Source: a virus
Strand: one strand, 5' to 3'
Length of the DNA stretch: 64,000 nt
Virus record (IMG/VR): IMGVR_UViG_3300009104_000014
Span: 7,020-71,019 of that record
Positions 7,421 to 16,863 of this stretch are shown one piece after another. A program made the translations under genes and the position numbers. Position 1 is the first letter of the stretch; every line of letters starts with the position of its first letter. The notes under the pieces are model-generated. The model had not been told where the DNA came from and searched no databases. It saw nothing but the letters and a program-made list of their open reading frames with translations.

Positions 7421-8763
7421 TGGTTAATGATAGTGAGATGGATATATTCGATGAGTTGCAGTCTTTCTGTGATGCCAACCACTATGTAGCGGTTGATGAT
7501 AAATTACCAATCTTCATTTGTAGTGTGGGAGCGCACATATTCAATGCGATAAACAAATGTTCTCGTTGCGATTTCACAGTAGAGAACCCCGTTGATGGTT
7601 ATTTCTCAATCCCCAATTGTCCCTTGCGACATGATAATAACCCAATATACACACCTATGAGTAGACTTGCAGATACAAGAGTCCATATCCTCATGCGAGG
7701 AAAGAAAGGTTCAGGAAAGAATGTTCTAATTGACTTATTTTTAGCGGAAGGGACTGGCCTACTATGGAATCCCGAAGGATTCAACGGCGTTGGTTTTAGA
7801 ACCATGATAGGTGCTAACTCTATCACAGAAGCGGGATTATTCGGTAGTGTGAATGAAGATGGTTATGTTGCCGGAAGACCTGTAGCGAGAGAGTTATGCG
7901 GTGGGTTCCTTGGGTTTGAAGAGTTCTCATCCCTAACAGATGCTACAAAGAAAGACCACAGTATGGATATGAAGAACCAGTTGCTAACAAGTCTTGATAG
8001 CGGGAGAGTGAACAAGGGTATGAGGCATGGTTGGGTTAGATACAATACGCGCTATACCTGTTGGGCGGGAACTCAACCCGCAAGGTTTGAATTGGAGTCG
8101 GGTCTTGACCGTAGGTTCTTCATTATAGAGATTGAGATGAGTCCTACAATTGAATTGGAATACAAAATAGCACAAAATAAACAGGCTCGCATGACTCCAT
8201 CAGAAAGAGCGGAGTTAGCAACTAAGGCTATGGAAATGAGAGCGTGGTTCTACAAGCGCATGGAAGATGCTATACTAACCCCACCAACGAGTGTGTCTTT
8301 CACCCCTACTTTTGAGGAATGGGTTTTGCGAGATACCGTAAGGTCATTTGAGGCAGATTTGTTTAGAAGATTATCAATTGGATATGCTATGATGCAACCC
8401 GATTATGAGGGTGGGAAACCGTTGCTCGTTGATATTGATGACCGACTCTCACTTATCCTATCCCAATCATTAGCAATGAGAAGGACAGTTATGGATGCTG
8501 ATGTTGCTCTGATTAAGGCCATGTATTGGGGCCAAGAAATACCAAAGTCTACTATGCTAAAGGAGATTGCTAAGGTAATTACCAACGGTGATTATCAAAG
8601 TGCTAAGAGATGGGTAGAGGAAAACCTTGTGGGGGAGTCTTGGTATGAAGAATATACCCCGAAGGTAGTTGGTAAAAGAGGAAGAAGGGGGGTGGCTTGT
8701 CGTATAGGAGAGAAGCCGCCGGAACCCGACGAGTTCGCTACATGGGGTAATGGTAATGCGTAG
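7417..8763 (+). CDS. mcm: MCM-like replicative helicase (AAA+), N-terminally reduced
   Basis: Walker A GKKGSGKN, 'SITEAGLFGSV' (cf. MCM SSxAGLTA), Walker B 'GFEEFSS', arginine finger 'GLDRRF'. Confidence 0.75.
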   Translation: MMVNDSEMDIFDELQSFCDANHYVAVDDKLPIFICSVGAHIFNAINKCSRCDFTVENPVDGYFSIPNCPLRHDNNPIYTPMSRLADTRVHILMRGKKGSGKNVLIDLFLAEGTGLLWNPEGFNGVGFRTMIGANSITEAGLFGSVNEDGYVAGRPVARELCGGFLGFEEFSSLTDATKKDHSMDMKNQLLTSLDSGRVNKGMRHGWVRYNTRYTCWAGTQPARFELESGLDRRFFIIEIEMSPTIELEYKIAQNKQARMTPSERAELATKAMEMRAWFYKRMEDAILTPPTSVSFTPTFEEWVLRDTVRSFEADLFRRLSIGYAMMQPDYEGGKPLLVDIDDRLSLILSQSLAMRRTVMDADVALIKAMYWGQEIPKSTMLKEIAKVITNGDYQSAKRWVEENLVGESWYEEYTPKVVGKRGRRGVACRIGEKPPEPDEFATWGNGNA

Positions 8764-9007
8764 AAAAAGGGTTCACTTTATCCATTCTTGTTTAGAATAC
8801 TTGCTAAAAGCGGGACCGACTACTACCATAGAACTTATTGATAATGTTCGCAATAGTAGAGGTAAGAAGCACCATTATAGACCAAGTGTCGCTGAGTTGG
8901 GGCAGTTATTGAGAATTGATAAGAGGTTTGTAGTAGTAGGGACTACTACAGAATCCATTAGTCTATGGTCATTAGCAGAAGAGTTAGCAACAGGTGAAGA
9001 GGAATGA
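8750..9007 (+). CDS. winged-helix protein (DUF3860-like paralog)
   Basis: 'LEYLLKAGPTTTIELIDNV...PSVAELGQLLRIDKRFVVVG'. Confidence 0.6.
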   Translation: MVMRRKRVHFIHSCLEYLLKAGPTTTIELIDNVRNSRGKKHHYRPSVAELGQLLRIDKRFVVVGTTTESISLWSLAEELATGEEE

Positions 9008-9051
9008 CTGATATATCACTTAAAGGAAATATGCTTTGAAGAGGACTGAAC

Positions 9052-9153
9052 TTGAGTGGAAGAATAGCGAGGAAATGCGAAAACAAAGATTGCGAAAACC
9101 ATACTTTTGACTTATGGATAGGGTTATGTGAAAGTTGTAGAGAAGAGGAATAG
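9052..9153 (+). CDS. 33-aa Zn-finger microprotein (not in ORF track)
   Basis: MSGRIARKCENKDCENHTFDLWIGLCESCREEE; GAGGA upstream. Confidence 0.5.
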   Translation: MSGRIARKCENKDCENHTFDLWIGLCESCREEE

Positions 9154-9156
9154 ATT

Positions 9157-9777
9157 ATGAAATCAAAGTGGTTAATAGAACAAAGATTGGCTTATGAAGA
9201 GGACCCTGAAACAATCAGGGTGCTAAAGTGGGTGTTAGAAAGCCCCGAATGCCCTTTATGCAACCACAACCAAAGAAAGGACATAGAGTATATCGTTGCT
9301 AAAGGCACACAGTCCCCCTCTTACTTAGAAGAAAAGTATGGGTGGGCGAATGGTATTATCACCGAACACATGAATGAACACATAGAATACGACCCCGAAG
9401 AGGCCGGCCGCATAGAAAAGTTGCGTGATGAAAGCATTACCACCTTAGAAATGGCGGAAGATGTTTTCTCTCGTATTCAATCATGGTTAGATGAGTGGGA
9501 ACAAAAGAAAGACCAAGAAGGGATTTCAAGAGAATGGATTGGCGAAGCAACGAAATTGGTAGCGGCGGCAAATACCAACCTAAAGTTGATTGGAACATTG
9601 AAGAAAGAGATAGGGGTTGATTCGCAGTTGCTATTAGCCCACCAACAAATCAACGGTGTTATGGGTGTGCTGGTAGATGTTCTGCGTGATGAACCTGCGT
9701 TGCTAAATCAAATGGAGTTGCGATTAGCGGCACTAAAAGCCCCCACTATAGATGTAGAGTTCGAGGTAGTTGAATGA
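9157..9777 (+). CDS. Zn-HTH plus coiled-coil protein (possible terminase small subunit or regulator)
   Basis: CPLCNH..R..IE...HTH...H..EH followed by long helices. Confidence 0.45.
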   Translation: MKSKWLIEQRLAYEEDPETIRVLKWVLESPECPLCNHNQRKDIEYIVAKGTQSPSYLEEKYGWANGIITEHMNEHIEYDPEEAGRIEKLRDESITTLEMAEDVFSRIQSWLDEWEQKKDQEGISREWIGEATKLVAAANTNLKLIGTLKKEIGVDSQLLLAHQQINGVMGVLVDVLRDEPALLNQMELRLAALKAPTIDVEFEVVE

Positions 9778-9911
9778 ATGGTCTTGATAGTGAAACCGAA
9801 CAATGGTGCGAAGAGCGTTTTGCGCGACTGGCTCTATATCGGACTGTCGGGTCAGCGTTGAACATCGTTCTCTCTATGGTTGTAATTGCTAAGTTGTTTG
9901 GGTGGATATGA
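9774..9911 (+). CDS. 45-aa membrane microprotein (not in ORF track)
   Basis: ATGA overlaps at both ends; hydrophobic C-terminus ALNIVLSMVVIAKLFGWI. Confidence 0.55.
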   Translation: MNGLDSETEQWCEERFARLALYRTVGSALNIVLSMVVIAKLFGWI

Positions 9912-10198
9912 TGAGTAGAGAGGCCGGTAAGAAAATTAAGTGGCGACCACATTTTAACCAATTGATTGCTCGCCCCATTCCTAAGTCAGAGTTCCCTAAG
10001 ATAGTGGAAAAGATGATAGAAGATGGTTTGGTCTGTGTCCTACATTTGGGGGGCTACCAATGGTATAGTGGTAGATACCGAGTGTCTGCGTCGGCCGTCA
10101 GAGAGATATGGTGTCTTTCTCAATCCCAATGGAGCAGGTTCATGGGATGGGTTTATAGCCATGACCCGTTCTCATCAATTGATGACGAAGACATATAG
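9908..10198 (+). CDS. hypothetical protein
   Basis: Trp-rich ORF with ATGA-coupled start. Confidence 0.6.
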   Translation: MMSREAGKKIKWRPHFNQLIARPIPKSEFPKIVEKMIEDGLVCVLHLGGYQWYSGRYRVSASAVREIWCLSQSQWSRFMGWVYSHDPFSSIDDEDI

Positions 10199-10436
10199 AC
10201 GAAAAGCAGTAGCGGAAGCAGTCAAACAATGGGCGAGAAGCGAATGGTTCACCGCAGGTGAGTTGTTAGACTTAGCGTCACAGTTGAATACCCAACCAAG
10301 GGGTGGTTTAACAGTATTCTCGGTGTCGAGAATACTAACTGGGTTTGAGGCTAAAGGCGTGGTAGAATCAAGAAAAAAGTTGGGTAAAAAAATATACAGG
10401 AGAATAGAAAATGGGCGTGGTTATTTACACGAATAG
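10182..10436 (+). CDS. winged-helix DNA-binding protein (start re-assigned to 10182)
   Basis: 'WFTAGELLDLA...LTVFSVSRILTGFEAKGVVESRKKLGKKIYRR' classic wHTH. Confidence 0.65.
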   Translation: MTKTYRRKAVAEAVKQWARSEWFTAGELLDLASQLNTQPRGGLTVFSVSRILTGFEAKGVVESRKKLGKKIYRRIENGRGYLHE

Positions 10437-11055
10437 GCCCGATAGGTATACAGACAACGATACTGTCTATATGGAAGGTAGGCTTAGGTATCCCCCCACA
10501 GGGCAGGGGGTCACATACGCTCTAAGTGGCACTATGTCCTTGAAAGAGGCGATTGATTTAGCACCCTCTGTTGGATATAGATTGGTAATTACACCCAAAA
10601 ATAAACCAACATTTGGTAGCGAAGGGAATGTTATTGTTGATTGGGAAGAAAGGAAGGAGAACTTCAACTCAATTATTTCGGGTATCTACAGATTCCCACA
10701 AAGAGATATGTTGCTAAAGCGATTACAAAAGGTCCCTATACCATATCTTTTGGCGAGTTGTTCTAACATCAGAGATTACCGGCTTTGGAACTTGATTGCT
10801 AAAGCAAACATGGTTTTGCCTGATGAGTATGTAAGAGCATTGATAGCGTTTGGTGTTAAACCACACCCTAAGGTTGCTAAATCAAAGGGGAAGAAAACAA
10901 AGCCAACTTCTCATCCTTTATTTAGAGAATCGGACCAGTATATTGATTTCATAATACGCAATTCAGAAGAGGTTGCTAATGAGTTGAGGCAAGTTGCGCC
11001 CGATTTGATACCTAAAGGGGTAAAGAAAACAATACAAACGGGGGATTCTATATGA
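10411..11055 (+). CDS. hypothetical protein
   Basis: 214-aa basic ORF in the replication region. Confidence 0.7.
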   Translation: MGVVIYTNRPDRYTDNDTVYMEGRLRYPPTGQGVTYALSGTMSLKEAIDLAPSVGYRLVITPKNKPTFGSEGNVIVDWEERKENFNSIISGIYRFPQRDMLLKRLQKVPIPYLLASCSNIRDYRLWNLIAKANMVLPDEYVRALIAFGVKPHPKVAKSKGKKTKPTSHPLFRESDQYIDFIIRNSEEVANELRQVAPDLIPKGVKKTIQTGDSI

Positions 11056-11225
11056 CTGCAAGTGCGGGGGCTTGTTGGATTGCGTTTTGGATAATTGCTA
11101 TATCGTATTTTTTCATCCCTCTCGGCGTTGGTTTACTCCGTATTTGGCTTAGAGGTATTGTTGGTAGTGGGGAAGCCCCTACTACAGAAGAGTGGACTTG
11201 GGTATCTTCATTCAACAACCAATGA
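11052..11225 (+). CDS. 57-aa membrane microprotein (not in ORF track)
   Basis: ATGA overlap; hydrophobic stretch CWIAFWIIAISYFFIPLGVGLL. Confidence 0.5.
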   Translation: MTASAGACWIAFWIIAISYFFIPLGVGLLRIWLRGIVGSGEAPTTEEWTWVSSFNNQ

Positions 11226-11253
11226 TATACCCGTATTTGTCTGTATTGAATAG

Positions 11254-11655
11254 ATGAGTGCGAACAATAGACGGTTGCGTCGGCTCGTCGTGGATATACT
11301 GTTCACAGAAGGGCCATTAACGAGGACTCAAATAGCAGAAAAACTTGCTAATTTACGCTCGCTTAGAGAGGTCCCAAGCGACAACAGTCTTTCGAGTGTG
11401 CTTGCTAAAAATGTTCAGTTGGAATCAGTAGGCTTTGCTAAAGTAGAGAAACTAAATGGGAACAAAACAAAACACATGGTGTTTGATATTAAGCGTGATT
11501 TGATTAGCAACCATGAAGAGATAGAACAAACGAGGCCAATGTCTTGTATGACTGCTCAAGAGAGAACCTTAGCATCAAGGTGTCCTCAATGCGGAAGACA
11601 TAGAATACTTCCAAAGGATAAGAATGTCTGTCTTCATTGTGTTAAGGGTTTATAG
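11254..11655 (+). CDS. DUF3860-like winged-helix protein with C-terminal Zn finger
   Basis: 'LVVDILFTEGPLTRTQIAEKL...PSDNSLSSVLAKNVQLESVGFAKV' plus CPQC...CLHC. Confidence 0.65.
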   Translation: MSANNRRLRRLVVDILFTEGPLTRTQIAEKLANLRSLREVPSDNSLSSVLAKNVQLESVGFAKVEKLNGNKTKHMVFDIKRDLISNHEEIEQTRPMSCMTAQERTLASRCPQCGRHRILPKDKNVCLHCVKGL

Positions 11656-11657
11656 GG
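11646..11657 (+). promoter_or_regulatory. TATA-box promoter (leaderless)
   Basis: GGGTTTATAGGG, TTTATA 30 nt upstream of ATG 11679. Confidence 0.65.
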
Positions 11658-11678
11658 AGTATACTCTCCCTTTGAAGT

Positions 11679-12293
11679 ATGACTACACCAGTAATTATTG
11701 GAATAACAGGAAAGATGCGAAGCGGTAAATCCACTCTTGCTAATGCTTTAGCATACAATAACAACACTAATGTTCTATCATTTGCACAATATGTTAGAAG
11801 AGAGGTTGCTGAAGCCTTCTTCGGTCATAGTATAGACCCGACCGCAGAACTCATGGCCCAAGAAGCCGCCGATAAAGGAACAATACGACCTATCCTACAA
11901 GCATTTGGTCATGGAAAAAGAATGCTAATTGACGAGAATTATTGGGTAGAGCAACTTGCTAAAGATGTTAGAAAGAACTTCTCTGATAAGAGGGTGATAT
12001 TTATTGATGATGTGCGCTATCCTAATGAAGTAGAGTATATCATCAAAAATGGTGGGTTTATCGTTAGGCTCGTATGCGACGCGCAAACCCTGATTCATCG
12101 TGGTGCTTCGGAGTCTGCCTTGGAGCATCCGAGTGAGAATGCGCTCGACTCTGATAATTTAACAATAGCAGAAAGTATGCTACCACACCACACATTAGCA
12201 TTAGATAGTGGCATGAGTGACCAAGAGGCCCTACAAAGGTGGACTACTGATTGGTTGCTAAATAACCAAGTAGAACTCAAGAAGGTTGCCTGA
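11679..12293 (+). CDS. deoxynucleoside monophosphate kinase (T4 gp1-like)
   Basis: IIGITGKMRSGKST P-loop, SFA..VR, 'IDDVRYPNE', 'HPSE' motifs. Confidence 0.85.
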   Translation: MTTPVIIGITGKMRSGKSTLANALAYNNNTNVLSFAQYVRREVAEAFFGHSIDPTAELMAQEAADKGTIRPILQAFGHGKRMLIDENYWVEQLAKDVRKNFSDKRVIFIDDVRYPNEVEYIIKNGGFIVRLVCDAQTLIHRGASESALEHPSENALDSDNLTIAESMLPHHTLALDSGMSDQEALQRWTTDWLLNNQVELKKVA

Positions 12294-13247
12294 ATGTTGA
12301 AGACAGTATGGTCAGAAAAACACCGGCCTTCTTATCTTAGTGATATAGCAGGGCAAGATGCAGTTATAGTAGAACTGCAATCAGTAGTTGAAGGCCAAGT
12401 ATCGCCCCAACATTACATTTTCTATAGTCCACAAGCCGGAACAGGAAAGACCACAGTTGCGAGAGCATTTGCTAAAGAGTTAGGGTGGCCTATACATGAG
12501 TTCAATGCTTCCACAAAGAAAATGAGAGGCATTGAGTTCATTGAAGAAGAAATCATCCCTTTGTGTAATGTGGGAGCGAAGACAATCTATCTATTAGACG
12601 AAGCAGACCAATTAACAACCGCCGCACAATCGGCATTAAAGGGGGTAATAGAGAATGCAGATGGTATATTCATTTTAACCTGCAACGATATTAGCAAGTT
12701 ATCACCTTGGATACAATCGAGATGTTCGATAAAGAGGTTCCAACCCATCCCCATAGATTGGATGGTTGCGACATTAAAGAAGATAGCAACCGACGAAGGT
12801 CTACCTGCCGATGATAAGCATTCTTTGTGTATCAATAGGATTGCTAAAGCACATGAAGGAGATTTACGGAGTGCTATCAATGCACTACAGGCCATGTCTT
12901 GTCTTCATGTAGATGATAGGGATAGATTCACTTTAGCAATGGGCGACTCTCAATTAGATTACGAATTGTTTTTGAGAATGTGTTTTCGAGATAAGGATAT
13001 TGAGTCAGCAGTTAGGTTGCTAAATCCTTACGATACAAGAAAGGTTATCCGAGAGGTATTCTCATTTGCTATTTCTTCCAACGCTACTCCTGAATCCAAG
13101 ATGAAGGTTGTAGAAGCCGCCATCATTTGTGAGCGTGATTGTATTAACGGCGTTCAAGATGAGATAATTAAGTGGGCCTTCTGCACGATGCTTTGTAGGG
13201 GGTTTATAGGGAGATGGGATTTAGGACAGATTACAACAGATAGGTGA
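12294..13247 (+). CDS. rfcS: replication factor C (clamp loader) small subunit
   Basis: WSEKHRP, GTGKTT, EFNAS, LDEADQLT..AQSAL, 'IQSRC', GDLRSAINALQ. Confidence 0.92.
   Translation: MLKTVWSEKHRPSYLSDIAGQDAVIVELQSVVEGQVSPQHYIFYSPQAGTGKTTVARAFAKELGWPIHEFNASTKKMRGIEFIEEEIIPLCNVGAKTIYLLDEADQLTTAAQSALKGVIENADGIFILTCNDISKLSPWIQSRCSIKRFQPIPIDWMVATLKKIATDEGLPADDKHSLCINRIAKAHEGDLRSAINALQAMSCLHVDDRDRFTLAMGDSQLDYELFLRMCFRDKDIESAVRLLNPYDTRKVIREVFSFAISSNATPESKMKVVEAAIICERDCINGVQDEIIKWAFCTMLCRGFIGRWDLGQITTDR
13199..13212 (+). promoter_or_regulatory. TATA-box promoter with leader and AGGTGA RBS for the SSB/ATPase operon
   Basis: GGGGTTTATAGGG at 13199; AGGTGAG just upstream of ATG 13253. Confidence 0.6.
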
Positions 13248-13252
13248 GATAT

Positions 13253-14476
13253 ATGTTAGATGGAATGATTGAGAAGATTGCGGCCAATATAGGTTGCACA
13301 AGTGAAGAACTGATGAAAGCGCATGAGGCGGTCAAGGTTGACCACCATGCTAATTTCCTCGCGGCGGGGAAGAGTGACGAGGAAGCAAACACTTTGTGTT
13401 TGAGAATGGCCTCTACTACAATAAGGAAGAAATCAATGGCCCTGTCGAGAAGTGGACTTGAAGAATACGAAGGAGTATTCCTGAGTGTGCCGAGAGCAAA
13501 GGATTTTGCTGAGATGGCTTATAACAAGACTGCGGGGATATTGAACGGTTTGGGTCCTGAGGGTAGAGAGAACTTGGTTGCTAACGGCCAAGTAATGCTC
13601 TACACCCCTACAGGCGATGGTGGGTATACGCGCCTTGCGAACCCAAGCCTCGTCGCCAAGTTGCCTTTTGAAGCAGGGCAGACTGCTCAATCTACGGTTG
13701 CTAATTTACCCAAGCACACCATGTCTTTGAATGACGGAACTCTTTTCTCATGCGTATGGAACAATACCATGCCTACATTCCCTAATGGGAATGCTAATTA
13801 CAAATATGGTCAACCAAGACCGCTCTCAGAACCTGAGAGAGTATCAACATTCTTGGGAAGGAAGAGGGGGTCAGATAGCGCACCTTCTCTAATGAAGGTA
13901 TATGCGAGTGGTAAGTTGAGTAGGGCTTCCTTCCCAACACTAACTACAGGATTTATCGCAGGTAAAGCAAACGCTAACAACGACAGGCTCTACCTAAAGG
14001 CAGACCTTAGCACATGGAATGATGACCATGAAGTAGCAACCATGTTTGGTAGCCCACCGCATGAATGGAATCTATTGGACTTAGGAGTCACCCCTCTTGA
14101 GGGTCTTGATTCGATAGAAGAGTATGTTGGTTCTCTCGGTGAAAAGGAGAAGTGGGATGCTTTGTGTGCAGTTCGCTTAGAGGTTCTACACATTGACCCA
14201 CAGGACAACGGGGGCTTTGTGGTGACTTTGGGTGATTTGGATTACACCAGTCTATCCATGCCTATTGAACTTTGGATACCAAAGTCACAGGAGAAATACA
14301 TTGATTTCGGAGTAGGTTCAACAGTCATGGCTATCGGCCAAGCATGGATGGGTAGAGATGGCGACGGTAGAATGAGCATTACGGGTTGGTGTGTTATGGA
14401 TAACTTGAAGCCGGCCGATGTTCCTTTGGAAGAAGCAACCGATGAGGCAACCGATGAAGTAGAGGGGTGGGAGTAG
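13253..14476 (+). CDS. probable RPA/SSB-like single-stranded DNA-binding protein
   Basis: N-terminal helical domain, C-terminal OB-fold-like strands ('FGVGSTVMAIGQAW'), acidic tail, position in replication module. Confidence 0.55.
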   Translation: MLDGMIEKIAANIGCTSEELMKAHEAVKVDHHANFLAAGKSDEEANTLCLRMASTTIRKKSMALSRSGLEEYEGVFLSVPRAKDFAEMAYNKTAGILNGLGPEGRENLVANGQVMLYTPTGDGGYTRLANPSLVAKLPFEAGQTAQSTVANLPKHTMSLNDGTLFSCVWNNTMPTFPNGNANYKYGQPRPLSEPERVSTFLGRKRGSDSAPSLMKVYASGKLSRASFPTLTTGFIAGKANANNDRLYLKADLSTWNDDHEVATMFGSPPHEWNLLDLGVTPLEGLDSIEEYVGSLGEKEKWDALCAVRLEVLHIDPQDNGGFVVTLGDLDYTSLSMPIELWIPKSQEKYIDFGVGSTVMAIGQAWMGRDGDGRMSITGWCVMDNLKPADVPLEEATDEATDEVEGWE

Positions 14477-15447
14477 TGTCTTGGGGACAAGCCGTTCCTT
14501 CCTCTACGGAGAAGCCCATTGAAGAGAGGACCGTCTACAATAAGGATTACTATACTGGTCTACTGACTGAATCAAAGGTCAACCAATTCCCAGTTAGAAT
14601 AGCGGCAGTTGGTAAAGAAAACACCGCTAAAACAGGATTGCTAATTGATATGGCCCTCAACAACACCGATAAGGATATTATCATCTTGGATATTGATAAT
14701 AGCGCGTCACAGACGGTTATGGTGAATTATCCCAATAACAACCGAATAAAAGTAATCCCCATCTATGATGCGGCTGATAGTTCCATCTTCAATGAAGACA
14801 ACTCTACTAATTGGGTTGCTTTGGTTGATAAAATGAGTTGGTTCATGCGTATCTTAGGCGAACAGAGTAGAAAGGGAGAAGTGGGAGCAGTAATCATAGA
14901 CGGTTGCTCTACTTTCCTTAAGTGGTGTGAGTTCAGTATGACCGATGTTCTCCTTAGAAGGGGAGTAATAGAGCAAGAGGGGGATGCTTTTAATCAGAAG
15001 GAATGGCGAACTCGAAATCAACTCTTCCGTGATGTTATCAATAGAGCGCATCAACTTCAAGTTCCCTTCGTTGGTTATACCTTCCATCTGAAAGATGTAA
15101 AGGAATATATGGATATTGGCAACGGCCAAAAGGGATTAACTAAGGTTGGTGAAACCCCTGAGTGGGAAAATGGAACAAAGAGATTGTTTTCGCAACAGGT
15201 ATGGCTCACCCGATATAGTAAGAAAGGAGATTTGGCGGCAGGGGTCAAGAAGGATGATAGCCTAAATAGCAACGAGTGGGTTGTTAGAGCAACCATTAGT
15301 GAAATGAAAGGTCTTCATCAAGAATACTTGGGGACAACACACGATGTGCTTAGTGTAAATGATGGAGAGGTCACATGGTATGGTCTTCCTTTCTTGCATT
15401 GGAATGGCAAGAACGAGAAAGAGGCTACCAATAATGGCGAGGCGTAA
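14476..15447 (+). CDS. RecA/RadA-superfamily ATPase (Sak4/AAA_24-like recombinase)
   Basis: Variant Walker A GKENTAKT, 'IIILDID', Walker B 'VIIDG'; follows the SSB gene; GTG start overlaps upstream TAG. Confidence 0.7.
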   Translation: MSWGQAVPSSTEKPIEERTVYNKDYYTGLLTESKVNQFPVRIAAVGKENTAKTGLLIDMALNNTDKDIIILDIDNSASQTVMVNYPNNNRIKVIPIYDAADSSIFNEDNSTNWVALVDKMSWFMRILGEQSRKGEVGAVIIDGCSTFLKWCEFSMTDVLLRRGVIEQEGDAFNQKEWRTRNQLFRDVINRAHQLQVPFVGYTFHLKDVKEYMDIGNGQKGLTKVGETPEWENGTKRLFSQQVWLTRYSKKGDLAAGVKKDDSLNSNEWVVRATISEMKGLHQEYLGTTHDVLSVNDGEVTWYGLPFLHWNGKNEKEATNNGEA

Positions 15448-15745
15448 TTATTTTGTTAAACGATGGATAATTACTGCCCTTTCTACAGTAGATACACCAG
15501 TCACCGCGAGAGCGGTTGTTGATATAATCAAACAACACCGCGACCCCAAAATAAATAGGAACTCTCGCCGTTCTGCTAACATATCAGCCGTAAAGATTGG
15601 GGCTATAATGTCGAGAATGGAAGAGGTAAAGGTGTTCCGAGCATCAAGCAACTCAGAAAGAAACCTGTATCAGATTAGACCGCAGTATAGGGGTTTATAT
15701 GGGGACAGGGAGAGAGGTATATATGAGCGGAAGAAAAAACAATGA
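15434..15745 (+). CDS. winged-helix protein (DUF3860-like paralog; start re-assigned to 15434)
   Basis: 'WIITALSTVDTPVTARAVVDII...ISAVKIGAIMSRMEEVKV...NLYQI'. Confidence 0.55.
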   Translation: MARRNYFVKRWIITALSTVDTPVTARAVVDIIKQHRDPKINRNSRRSANISAVKIGAIMSRMEEVKVFRASSNSERNLYQIRPQYRGLYGDRERGIYERKKKQ

Positions 15746-16562
15746 TGTTGCGTTCAACAATACTGCTCTTCAAAATGCTCTAAGGGCCGCGAGAAGATTC
15801 ACATTTGTTGGTGGCGCAAAGCAACCCCAATGTTATGCTTGCATCATTAAAGTCGGACCGACGGTTGCTAAAATTGTAAGCGGAGTGAAAGACGGGATAA
15901 CGAGTGTGCATGATATAGCAATCACTTTGGAAGAACCGGCAACCGAATGCGAACTTTGCATCCCTAATTTGAATGATGTTATAGGGGCGTTGAAAACACA
16001 TGGGGATATTGTATATCTATCACACAAACCAAATGGTAATTTGCTAATTCATTCAAATAAAAGACAAACGACATTTATGTCTTCTCCTTTAGCAAAGGCT
16101 TATCCCTCTTCTCGCAACTCAATAATCAAACAACATCAAGATGCAGTAGAGATAGCAAGTCGCTTCGATAAAGACATGGCTATTTACACCGATACCAAGG
16201 GGAAAAAACATAGCCCTGTATGTATTATCAACTTAAAGCGAGATATATTGGTTGATGCTTTGTCGGTTGCTAATTTGAACGGACAGAACGAATCAACCTG
16301 TAGTATGGAACCAATGGAAGATTCTACCTTCATTAAGACTGGTAATACTTTGAAAGGTCAGACTTCTACTCTTATTCATCCCCACCAAATACCAACGGAA
16401 CCCTTCAAGTTCGGCGGTGGTTTAGAAAACCTACTTCCTGTCTTCGGAGAAGAAATTAAATTACACATTTACGACATGAGAGATTTTGGGGGAAAATATG
16501 TCTTGGCGTTTAGCGACGGCCATGCTTTGGTTTTACAGGTAGGTGTTCCCCATGAGGTTTAG
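15723..16562 (+). CDS. probable DNA sliding clamp (divergent PCNA/beta-clamp fold)
   Basis: ~280 aa with two alpha/beta repeats, upstream of polB in a genome with RFC; promoter GGGTTTATATGG 29 nt upstream. Confidence 0.55.
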   Translation: MSGRKNNDVAFNNTALQNALRAARRFTFVGGAKQPQCYACIIKVGPTVAKIVSGVKDGITSVHDIAITLEEPATECELCIPNLNDVIGALKTHGDIVYLSHKPNGNLLIHSNKRQTTFMSSPLAKAYPSSRNSIIKQHQDAVEIASRFDKDMAIYTDTKGKKHSPVCIINLKRDILVDALSVANLNGQNESTCSMEPMEDSTFIKTGNTLKGQTSTLIHPHQIPTEPFKFGGGLENLLPVFGEEIKLHIYDMRDFGGKYVLAFSDGHALVLQVGVPHEV

Positions 16563-16863
16563 ATGTAGTGTTTGTGATAAGGTAATGCAATACCATATAG
16601 AGTGTAGCGTTGGTTCATCTAACCATCATATTCAATGCGAGTGCGGAACTACCTTTGTAGTAAACATAGCCGCTCACAAAGAAGACAATAGAGATAGGGG
16701 GTATAGAGATGCAGATACTCTTCGTTCACTATACGAGGAACAGGGAAAAACAATGCAACAACTTGCTTGGAAATACGCAGTATCACCAATGACTATCAAT
16801 CTATGGCTTAAGAGGCATGGAATAGCAACGAGAAGAAGAGGAAGGGTCAAGCGTGATAATTGA
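16552..16863 (+). CDS. Zn-ribbon plus HTH protein
   Basis: CSVC...CECG then 'LRSLYEEQGKTMQQLAWKYAVSPMTINLWLKRHGIATR'. Confidence 0.75.
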   Translation: MRFRCSVCDKVMQYHIECSVGSSNHHIQCECGTTFVVNIAAHKEDNRDRGYRDADTLRSLYEEQGKTMQQLAWKYAVSPMTINLWLKRHGIATRRRGRVKRDN

